26,920 nt of DNA. It comes from a virus (taxonomy: Duplodnaviria; Caudoviricetes). This document shows, piece by piece, positions 1 through 6,871 of the stretch. The stretch is from the IMG/VR virus record IMGVR_UViG_3300037876_000057, positions 1 to 26,920 of that record; one strand, given 5' to 3'. Both the position numbers and the translations under genes were made by a program. Position 1 is the first letter of the stretch, and every line of letters starts with the position of its first letter. The notes beneath the pieces were generated by a model, which saw nothing but the letters and a program-made list of their open reading frames with translations, was not told the DNA's origin and searched no databases.

Positions 1-29
1 TACAACTCTATGCCACGTTACTAGGAGGA

Positions 30-128
30 GGGTGGATTACCACCCGAATAATATAATAACCCACCCCTTTGAAGTCATGATATACATGGGTGTCTATACG
101 ATTTGGTATAGGTAGCAACCATGTACAT
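30..128 (-). other. Structured non-coding segment downstream of the amidoligase operon (3' RNA element or further ncRNA; may continue past the window edge)
   Basis: Perfect hairpin GGGTGG-ATTA-CCACCC at 30-45. Long hairpin 80-128 reads on the minus strand AUGUACAUGG/CCAUGUAUAU (one G-U) enclosing CUAUAC/GUAUAG. Confidence 0.45.
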
Positions 129-136
129 GTGTTTAG

Positions 137-286
137 TTAAACTGATTTATAATTGGGGGTACCCTGTGTCGTGTTCCTGTGCTGTACCCATGCCTTCTCA
201 TGAAACTCTGTATGTCTTGTCATACGTATGATTATCTTGTCGTCATCGGGCAGTTGCATACCACATAGGTCACACTCAATTAGCAT
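137..286 (-). CDS. 49-aa C2H2-like zinc-finger microprotein (not in ORF track)
   Basis: Manual translation MLIECDLCGMQLPDDDKIIIRMTRHTEFHEKAWVQHRNTTQGTPNYKSV with CxxC-x16-HxxxH. Start overlaps the end of the GATase gene. Confidence 0.65.
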   Translation of the reverse strand: MLIECDLCGMQLPDDDKIIIRMTRHTEFHEKAWVQHRNTTQGTPNYKSV

Positions 287-1148
287 TTAACCCCAACTCA
301 TTATAGTATTGTATCTCCTCTTCCAAATCCATCTTTCTTATTGCCATGTCTTCCTCAATGTCTAGCCTGTGTGATATGTCATAGATACTAGTACCATCAC
401 TCATCATGTCGGCTATCTCTTCCTCACTTACACCATACATATCCATTACATTAGTCATCTCTATTAACTCGTCACTATTTAAATACCCTAATGCATCCAC
501 ATCACCCTTGAAATGGGTGGTGGGTGTGAATGAACCTCCGAATGTTTGGTGTGATTTCATTGGTACAAAGTAGTTGTTACTCACCTTGTTGCCCTTGTAA
601 CTGCACCATCCCTCGCCATACTTATGTATGCCTTTGCTTGTAAGTACTGCCACCTTGTTCCATCCTGTTACCTGTTTAGCCATGCCTTTTACTCCCATCT
701 TGTGGGCAAGATAAGCCATGATTCTGCTGTCAGAATAGTTTCCTCTAGGTATTGTTACTGTCTTCTTACTAGTACGTAGGTAGTCAACAAGAGCATCAGT
801 ATACTCAGTCCAAGTTCCGTTGTGGAATAATAAATCCTTGGTCGTGTTATAGTTCTCCATGTTCAACTCTACCTTATTACTTATCTCGAATGGGTGGTTA
901 AGATTACGCTTAACTCCTCCTACACTTGCAATCCTAAAGTGAATGATTGCCGTCTTGATTCCCTTTGGTATCAGTTGTTTGTTGATAATCTTACTTATCT
1001 CACCTGATTTGATACCCTTCTTGTATGATTTAGTGCCGTCTTTATTCAACCATGCGATTGAACCACCATGACTGTTCATATCTTCTGCACTCTTTAGTGT
1101 TTTCTTTGATGGATAGTTGCCATCATCTATACAAATTATTACACACAC
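276..1148 (-). CDS. Class II (Ntn) glutamine amidotransferase, phage-type
   Basis: Cys2 nucleophile (MCVII) and motifs NSHG, IHFRIASVG, NHPF, LFHNGT, SDS. GTG start preceded by AAGGAGGTGATC. Adjacent to an amidoligase. Confidence 0.85.
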   Translation of the reverse strand: MCVIICIDDGNYPSKKTLKSAEDMNSHGGSIAWLNKDGTKSYKKGIKSGEISKIINKQLIPKGIKTAIIHFRIASVGGVKRNLNHPFEISNKVELNMENYNTTKDLLFHNGTWTEYTDALVDYLRTSKKTVTIPRGNYSDSRIMAYLAHKMGVKGMAKQVTGWNKVAVLTSKGIHKYGEGWCSYKGNKVSNNYFVPMKSHQTFGGSFTPTTHFKGDVDALGYLNSDELIEMTNVMDMYGVSEEEIADMMSDGTSIYDISHRLDIEEDMAIRKMDLEEEIQYYNELGLNAN

Positions 1149-1150
1149 GA

Positions 1151-2158
1151 TTAGATCACCTCCTTGATTTCCAAACTATGTATCTTTGGTTTGTTGTTAG
1201 CCAAGTACGTATGTATGATACGCATTACTTCTTTAAACCCCTTGACTCTTAGGTCAGGTCTTTGAAAGCATGGTAATATCCTTACTTCCATTGTACCATG
1301 TAGTCTCCAACAATAATTGATGAAGCAATATCTTTGACCACTCTTACTACGGTCATGTTTCTGTTCTTCTGGTCTAAATTCATCCTTACAGAATGTGTTG
1401 CTACCTTCCAATCTCCTCCAGAATGAAGAGCCCTCTCTTATTCCTACCTTCTTGCCCCAAAGCCATAACTCTGTCTTTAGAAAGTCGTGGAACTTCTTAT
1501 CCATGAGCACACCATACTCCTGCATTGTCATGTTTCCAACATGTACATGCATGCCACATGTGTTATTGGTACGAAGTATTGCATCCTCATTGGAGTTAAG
1601 CCACTCCTCCATCTCTGTCTCAGGCATTGGGACACTTACTGCCTCTCCGTCTTGACCTTCTCCACTGTTGCAGTCACATTCACATTGACATTCACATCCA
1701 CAATCCATGTCACATTGTACGTATGAAAGGCTCTGTCTCCAGCATGAATGACTCCAATTTTCTTCACTAAATGCACTGTAACACTCGTCACAAGCACTGC
1801 CTTCTTCCTTCTTTATAACCTCAAGACATTTGAGGCACTTGCCATTCTCTCCTGTGTTTTGTTGGTGTGCTTTATCACATTCACAGTCTTCAAAATGTGC
1901 CTCACATATCATACATGAGTAACATGAATCACAGTCACAGTCATTTACATGCCTATCACATTCTTCACATCTTACACATGAATCACATTCACATTCATCA
2001 CCACATTCACAGTCGTCTCGACAGTCGCCATTGCAACCACCACCTGAACCGTCTACCTCTACTGAACCATCATGATGAAACTCACCATCATGTATTGCAC
2101 TAATAAGGATAGAACCTTCAGGCTCTACGCCTACGGATAGACATTTAGTGATCTTCAA
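1151..2158 (-). CDS. Putative amidoligase (COOH-NH2 ligase, Amidoligase_2-like) with a 28-Cys insertion
   Basis: Ordered motifs GVEPE, HDGSV, GEAVSVP, NNTCGMHVHVG, RYCFIN, GTMEVR. Residues 42-163 are Cys/Asp/Glu-rich. TTG start after GAGGTGA. Confidence 0.8.
   Translation of the reverse strand: MKITKCLSVGVEPEGSILISAIHDGEFHHDGSVEVDGSGGGCNGDCRDDCECGDECECDSCVRCEECDRHVNDCDCDSCYSCMICEAHFEDCECDKAHQQNTGENGKCLKCLEVIKKEEGSACDECYSAFSEENWSHSCWRQSLSYVQCDMDCGCECQCECDCNSGEGQDGEAVSVPMPETEMEEWLNSNEDAILRTNNTCGMHVHVGNMTMQEYGVLMDKKFHDFLKTELWLWGKKVGIREGSSFWRRLEGSNTFCKDEFRPEEQKHDRSKSGQRYCFINYCWRLHGTMEVRILPCFQRPDLRVKGFKEVMRIIHTYLANNKPKIHSLEIKEVI
1154..1165 (-). promoter_or_regulatory. Strong Shine-Dalgarno sequence for the GATase gene
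   Basis: Minus strand AAGGAGGTGATC, 5 nt before the GTG at 1148. Confidence 0.7.
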
Positions 2159-2526
2159 AGAGACTCACCTCTATCGGTGTTCATTCTATCAAGTACTATC
2201 TTGTAAGTACTTATCATCTCATTCAACCTGCTCTCAGCCCTTAGACACCATTTTTCCAACTCTTTTTCAGAGTATGGTTGCCTGTAAACCTTGTTCATCA
2301 CATTACGTGATAACAGTCGTGAGTTGCTGAATACACTCTGGTCAGTAGATGTAGTATTAATCAGGTAGAGATGTTCATCTTCCTGAATTGGTACTACATA
2401 ACTGTACTCACCCTCATATTCAGTACGTAGGCATGCTATCATGTCTACATATTCTTTGTTAGCTTCTGCTAACATCATTATTCCCTCGTCAGTAGGGACT
2501 AATTTGATGCCCAATTCAACAACCAT
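2155..2526 (-). CDS. Hypothetical protein (123 aa)
   Basis: Translationally coupled to both neighbours; no recognised motif. Confidence 0.7.
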   Translation of the reverse strand: MVVELGIKLVPTDEGIMMLAEANKEYVDMIACLRTEYEGEYSYVVPIQEDEHLYLINTTSTDQSVFSNSRLLSRNVMNKVYRQPYSEKELEKWCLRAESRLNEMISTYKIVLDRMNTDRGESL

Positions 2527-2924
2527 TAGGGTGTCTCCTTGTTCACCAATAAGGCACTACCTGCCCTATCAAAGGCTAAAAATCGCATTTCGGGTGTCAA
2601 TTTTCTATACAGTTTAGCAACTCCACTAATAACTTCACGACTTGCACTCGTATCGTCATTGGTTCGTACGCTAAAGGCACGTAATTCAATCAACTTACAG
2701 TTCATCTCCCTTGCGTATGCGTTAGCACCGTCTAGGAATTCCTGCATTAATGGATTCTCAGCTGAGGCATTAAAATTCTCAGCCTGTTTGGAGTCAATAC
2801 TCATCAAATGCTTTACAGCCTTGAGAGCCTGACTAGACTCAATACTACCTTCTCTTACACCATTCATAATCATCTCGATTACCTCAGATGTTTTGAAGCT
2901 TCGGATTTCAGTCTTTTCCATCAT
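2526..2924 (-). CDS. Hypothetical protein (132 aa)
   Basis: TAATG overlap with the next gene; no recognised motif. Confidence 0.7.
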   Translation of the reverse strand: MMEKTEIRSFKTSEVIEMIMNGVREGSIESSQALKAVKHLMSIDSKQAENFNASAENPLMQEFLDGANAYAREMNCKLIELRAFSVRTNDDTSASREVISGVAKLYRKLTPEMRFLAFDRAGSALLVNKETP

Positions 2925-2975
2925 AGTTTCTTCTTGCTAGGGTAAATTAATACTACCTAGTATCAAAAAGTAGGA

Positions 2976-3101
2976 CTAGTAGTCCATTGGTTTGCCACAT
3001 TTAAGGCAGTAGTTGTCCTCATCACGTTCGTGTAAAGGACATTTTATATTGTCTAGACCTCTGAGAAACCCAAAGGTATAGACTTCTTCATCATATTCCA
3101 T
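2976..3101 (-). CDS. Small Zn-binding protein (41 aa; start uncertain, ORF open to 3203)
   Basis: MEYDEEVYTFGFLRGLDNIKCPLHERDEDNYCLKCGKPMDY with CxxH...CxxC. Confidence 0.5.
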   Translation of the reverse strand: MEYDEEVYTFGFLRGLDNIKCPLHERDEDNYCLKCGKPMDY

Positions 3102-3224
3102 GATCATAATAGGACTAGTATCAATAAACACACTACATACACAGTAACATAACTCTAAACAAGAGCATATACTGTCATATATAGAGACGTTTTGATTTGA
3201 CACTAGTCATGATAATATTCCCTT

Positions 3225-3934
3225 AAAACCATACGTACGTACGTAATCGTACTACCGTAGGTTTTCTAGTTACAAGTGTCCCCGTAAGGGGTGTTCTTTA
3301 TACTACCGTTTGTGCCTGAGATTTGGTCTTTGTAATTGCCTAGTACGGCTAACCTATTCATCAGGTCATCTGTTTGGTTACGTACATACGTACGTATAAT
3401 GTCTTTCAAGTGGTTTCAGTTATTAAGGATGTTTCACCACCACTAACTTTTCAAGTAATTTCTTACCAGCCGACTACGCCTAGAGCCACTCTCGGTATGA
3501 GTTTATGCCTACTAGTACGTACGTACTGTCTATAAGAAATGGTGATAATTCACCAAATTCATAGGTAGTCTTACGACTACGTTTACCTCAGATGTTTCGC
3601 CAATCATACTATACGTACGTATTGGTTTATCACCTGATTTGTCTTACAGTTATAACTTTCCCCTTTCGAGTGCGTGCTCTGTTGGACACGTTCGACCATC
3701 ATAAAGTGATGTTTAGGCTCATAGTAACCCTTTAAGATTGAGATATCTCTAAGGTTCTATTAGACACGACTACCCTCGACACATTGGCGTATGCTGAACG
3801 AGTTCTCATACTCATTCCGTGCCTAGTGCCTATTAATAGCCCTATCACCAAATGGTTCATAGGTTGAGTCCTAAGACTAACAACTTGAACTTGTGGTCTA
3901 AGAAAGCGACCACGCCTGAGAGATCATCTCAGAC
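3225..3934 (-). ncRNA. Putative large structured ncRNA or 5' leader (about 710 nt), family not recognised
   Basis: No ORF of 60 aa or more. More than 10 consecutive stems, with G-U pairs favouring the minus strand. GUAA tetraloop hairpin at 3565-3580. Own TATA box at 3963. Confidence 0.7.
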
Positions 3935-3954
3935 AACCCTTAATGCGTATCGGT

Positions 3955-3970
3955 ACATATAACATTTCCA
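3955..3970 (-). promoter_or_regulatory. Archaeal BRE/TATA promoter for the large RNA and downstream operon
   Basis: Minus strand GGAAATGTTATATGT. The box start (3963) is 29 nt from the first base of the 5' hairpin (3934). Confidence 0.55.
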
Positions 3971-4136
3971 CAGTGTTTAGGAACGAATAACCCGTGGGTG
4001 GTCGACATATAAAAAATCCCATTTTTGAGAATTAGAGGATATATATATGTTATGAATCGGACAGGACTGGAAATAATTGATAATCAATATATTATATAAA
4101 GATACATTTATATTATCTGTTTCATTATAAATAATT

Positions 4137-4403
4137 ATGTTAATAGAAACATTGGTTATATGCTCATTAATAATCAACGCACCATATTATGACTGTGATG
4201 AAACATGGCAAATATATATTTTTGATAAAGATTCATGGAAATATTGTACCGAATATAACAGTTATGCGTGTGCGAAATGGTTTCCAAAAAGAATCTATAT
4301 AGGATTAGACCATTATGATTCATGGAAAGATAGTTGCGGTCATACATTATTATTTCATGAGTTAAATCATCTTAAATATCTAAGTGAAAATTATTGTCAT
4401 TAA
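4137..4403 (+). CDS. Small protein with HExxH zincin-like motif and hydrophobic N-terminus
   Basis: TLLFHELNHLKY motif; TTTATATT 30 nt upstream. Confidence 0.6.
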   Translation: MLIETLVICSLIINAPYYDCDETWQIYIFDKDSWKYCTEYNSYACAKWFPKRIYIGLDHYDSWKDSCGHTLLFHELNHLKYLSENYCH

Positions 4404-4920
4404 AGTCATAGGCTGGGGACTTTAAACCATAACCGTTTAACACTCCCTTGTAATGAATGTGTCCAAGTACCTCATATAGGTTTGTGCCTAGACTGAGAGA
4501 ATGTTTCCTTATATACTCTTTCTTTAGGAGATAGGCTTCCTTTGATTTAGTATCTCCCTTGCCTATGAACGAGACCTGTCTACTTTTACTATCAAGAATT
4601 GCATTGTTTATAAGTGTCGGGGTGGTTAGGATATATTCGTCTCCACAATCAAATACCCAGTAGTCAGCCTTTGTGGTACTTAGTGCACTGGGCTTGCCTC
4701 CGAATGAGGTTTCTATTACCAAGTTTCCCGTGTCTTGTGATTTCCTATCTCTTTTAGCCTCTACACTCTTTCTTAACTCTGGGATGTATATGTCATAGTC
4801 TTTGAAATATCCTTCCTTTATATAGGCGTGGGGGAAGTTCTTGTTCAACTCGTCCAGCACCATGCCCTCAAAATTTTTGCCTACGGCAAGATCCTTATGA
4901 AACGTGTCATTGACACCCAT
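4372..4920 (-). CDS. PD-(D/E)xK-family nuclease-like protein
   Basis: GKNFE...YDIYI...VEAKRD motif order; TATATATA 29 nt upstream. Confidence 0.65.
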   Translation of the reverse strand: MGVNDTFHKDLAVGKNFEGMVLDELNKNFPHAYIKEGYFKDYDIYIPELRKSVEAKRDRKSQDTGNLVIETSFGGKPSALSTTKADYWVFDCGDEYILTTPTLINNAILDSKSRQVSFIGKGDTKSKEAYLLKKEYIRKHSLSLGTNLYEVLGHIHYKGVLNGYGLKSPAYDFNDNNFHLDI

Positions 4921-4950
4921 GTTATGTAATCATATATCCCTTATATATAT

Positions 4951-5232
4951 CTATCTCAAGAAATGACCTAAGATAAACCCCATGACTCCTATACCACCTA
5001 GGACTATAACAGTGATGGCTGTGGAGACTTTAACATTTTCTCTATCCCAGATTTTCTTTGCTCTCTTATCACACTCGTTACATCCTTCTGTTATTCTACC
5101 CGTCTTAAAGTCGGGGATAAAACAACAGAATGACCATGTATTACTACGACAATTTGGACACTCCATTGAATGTCTAATCTTGTTTATACCCGAAAATTCA
5201 TCTAATGTATCTTCTCTGTCGTCCCAGTTCAT
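4951..5232 (-). CDS. Zn-ribbon protein with C-terminal transmembrane helix (start revised to ATG 5232)
   Basis: CPNC...CNEC and the hydrophobic tail AITVIVLGGIGVMGFILG. Start follows the stop of the upstream micro-ORF. Confidence 0.65.
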   Translation of the reverse strand: MNWDDREDTLDEFSGINKIRHSMECPNCRSNTWSFCCFIPDFKTGRITEGCNECDKRAKKIWDRENVKVSTAITVIVLGGIGVMGFILGHFLR

Positions 5233-5233
5233 T

Positions 5234-5374
5234 CTAGTCACCCTTTGGATAACAGTCTTCACATAGTATATTATACCCGTTGGATAACTTCACGTTACTT
5301 TTAAAGCAGTTATGACATAATCCTCTAGTATTATCTTCTTTAACTAAACCCAATAGTTTTCTTATTCCGAACAT
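5234..5374 (-). CDS. 46-aa C4 zinc-finger microprotein (not in ORF track)
   Basis: MFGIRKLLGLVKEDNTRGLCHNCFKSNVKLSNGYNILCEDCYPKGD; tightly packed between neighbours. Confidence 0.65.
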   Translation of the reverse strand: MFGIRKLLGLVKEDNTRGLCHNCFKSNVKLSNGYNILCEDCYPKGD

Positions 5375-5505
5375 CTATTAATACATTCCTTTAGAACTTT
5401 GATTCTATAGTCTCTTTCTTTGGAGACTGTTTGATGTTCAATCATATGTAATACACTCTTAAAGTCTACTAAATGTTCTTTACGTTGTTTGTCATCACTG
5501 TACAT
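5362..5505 (-). CDS. 47-aa hypothetical protein (start revised to ATG 5505)
   Basis: MYSDDKQRKEH...; ATG lies 2 nt after the upstream stop. Confidence 0.55.
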   Translation of the reverse strand: MYSDDKQRKEHLVDFKSVLHMIEHQTVSKERDYRIKVLKECINRCSE

Positions 5506-5507
5506 GA

Positions 5508-5636
5508 CTATTCCTTCAAATCTTCCATATATAAATCTTTCGATAACCCTGCTATTAGACACCAACAGTAACTATCGTTCTCTGTTATACACTTGCTGTG
5601 ATTCTTGTGAGTATTATGTTTATTATTTAATTTCAT
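5508..5636 (-). CDS. 42-aa His/Cys-containing microprotein (not in ORF track)
   Basis: MKLNNKHNTHKNHSKCITENDSYCWCLIAGLSKDLYMEDLKE; fills the gap between two minus-strand genes. Confidence 0.45.
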   Translation of the reverse strand: MKLNNKHNTHKNHSKCITENDSYCWCLIAGLSKDLYMEDLKE

Positions 5637-5931
5637 TGTTAATTGTCAAGCCGAAAGATCCATCAGATGTCTCGATATTATTCATCTCCACACCGTCATC
5701 TATATCATTCTTTGGTATTGAAATATCGTCCTTGTCCGAAGCATCAATTACATCTTTGGTAGTAGACACCAATTCCTTATTTTTTTTATTTTGTTTATCC
5801 ATCCCATCTAACATGATACTTGCCTGTACCCTTACTAGACACTTTCCTAGTTTATTGAATGAATGATCGCCTATTATTTCATTGCAGGCGATACATGTCA
5901 TTCGTTTAATCTGTTTACTTCCAAATGTCAC
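5623..5931 (-). CDS. Hypothetical protein with N-terminal CxxC...H...C motif and acidic tail
   Basis: CIAC...HS...C; TTTATATA exactly 29 nt upstream of the GTG. Confidence 0.65.
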   Translation of the reverse strand: MTFGSKQIKRMTCIACNEIIGDHSFNKLGKCLVRVQASIMLDGMDKQNKKNKELVSTTKDVIDASDKDDISIPKNDIDDGVEMNNIETSDGSFGLTINNEIK

Positions 5932-5962
5932 ACTTCTATATACATGACACCTTATATAAAAG

Positions 5963-6172
5963 TTACGCAGATAAAAACTGATATGCTTCTATAACTCTCT
6001 GCTTTCGTCCTTTCATCTTTGGAGGAAACATACAACATGGACATTTATTATCAATTAATAAATTTTTATTAATCCATGAATCACATCTGTTACAATGTGA
6101 ATGTGTTTTATATGGATCACCAAATGGTCGTTTACTCTCAACTCTACTACACACACCTTTACATCCTTTCAT
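5963..6172 (-). CDS. Cys-rich small Zn-binding protein
   Basis: CKGVC, HCNRC, CPCC; TTTATATA 30 nt upstream. Confidence 0.7.
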   Translation of the reverse strand: MKGCKGVCSRVESKRPFGDPYKTHSHCNRCDSWINKNLLIDNKCPCCMFPPKMKGRKQRVIEAYQFLSA

Positions 6173-6207
6173 AGTATGGAATGATATATAACATTATATA
6201 AATGTTT

Positions 6208-6387
6208 CTAACGCCACTCTTCTAATGAATCTGGAGATATCTCATCTATATTAACAATTTTATATTTAGATGTATTTTCAATCGAAGATGGTTTAGCAAA
6301 GTAATAAAGCCCCACTATCCCCACTGGTATGAGTATGATTGTCCCAAGACAAAACAACGATAAAAAGAATAATAGAATCTTTGACAT
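6208..6387 (-). CDS. 59-aa membrane microprotein (not in ORF track)
   Basis: MSKILLFFLSLFCLGTIILIPVGIVGLYYFAKPSS...; TTTTTATT 29 nt upstream. Confidence 0.65.
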   Translation of the reverse strand: MSKILLFFLSLFCLGTIILIPVGIVGLYYFAKPSSIENTSKYKIVNIDEISPDSLEEWR

Positions 6388-6448
6388 ACTTTATACATGT
6401 GAAAGAGTAATAAAAATCTTTCTAGAAGATTTCTAATTAAAAATTATT

Positions 6449-6484
6449 GTATGACATATGTATGACATACATATGTATGACATA
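6449..6484. repeat. Three copies of the dyad GTATGACATA
   Basis: Copies at 6449, 6460 and 6475. The second extends to the perfect dyad TGTATG-A-CATACA. Confidence 0.8.
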
Positions 6485-6528
6485 CTACATACACACGATA
6501 TTATACATATAATTAAAATTAAATGTTT

Positions 6529-6669
6529 AGATCCATGGTAGACGATTTCGCCTATAATAACACTAGGACATTAAGATCCAAACAGGTTGGATGATGAATC
6601 TTACGTGTTCATCAAGTCACGACCTGCGACAACGAGGTGCTTTAGTGCCAAATATGTTCTAATTGACCT
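6529..6669 (-). ncRNA. Putative small structured RNA A (about 140 nt)
   Basis: CTTATATA at 6698, 29 nt upstream. Hairpins CAGGU/ACUUG, UGAUGAA/UUCAUCA, AUCCAA/UUGGAU and UAGGCG/CGUCUA; terminal AGGUC/GAUCU; no ORF. Confidence 0.5.
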
Positions 6670-6711
6670 GTATATATTACGTGAATATATTATATAAGTT
6701 TTTTGATATTA

Positions 6712-6871
6712 AAATTCTACCCCAAAAGTTGTATAATACGATCAAATATTTTTACTTTCTTTTTGTTGCAGGTGACGGCTTTATCCACGTTGCAACGGTT
6801 AATATAGGGGTAGATTTGGTCTAAGAGGGCTACCGTTCGTTTCGGACTGTTTCGGGTAATCCCTGAAGACT
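6712..6871 (-). ncRNA. Putative small structured RNA B (about 160 nt)
   Basis: TTTATATT at 6900, 29 nt upstream. Stems GUCU/AGAC, AGGGAUUACC/GGUAGCCCU, UCUACCCC/GGGGUAGA and GUUGCA/UGCAAC; ends in a U-run; no ORF. Confidence 0.55.

Noticed and set aside
1867-2103. His-rich 78-aa plus-strand ORF
   Set aside because: It is the antisense mirror of the TGT/GAA/GAT codons in the amidoligase Cys-rich insert.
3340-3420. Hammerhead ribozyme around minus-strand CUGAUGA (3358-3364)
   Set aside because: No GAAA is positioned to close stem II in any permutation I could build.
3231-3622. TACGTACGTA repeats as a mini-CRISPR array
   Set aside because: Repeats are only about 10-14 nt with variable flanks, spacing is long and irregular (95-155 nt), and there are no cas genes.
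3977-4177. 66-aa Ile/Asn-rich minus-strand ORF
   Set aside because: Low-complexity product of an AT-rich promoter region that overlaps the start of the HExxH gene.
6555-6650. HDV-like ribozyme or C/D-box sRNA in RNA A (GGCAC...CCUCG; plus-strand AUGAUGA)
   Set aside because: The P1 3' strand does not follow P3 as the HDV topology requires, and there is no properly placed CUGA D box.
3319-6826. Homology between the large RNA and RNA B (AGATTTGGTCT at 3319 and 6812; TGGTCTAAGA at 3894 and 6817)
   Set aside because: Only 10-11 nt matches, not collinear; insufficient to claim relatedness.
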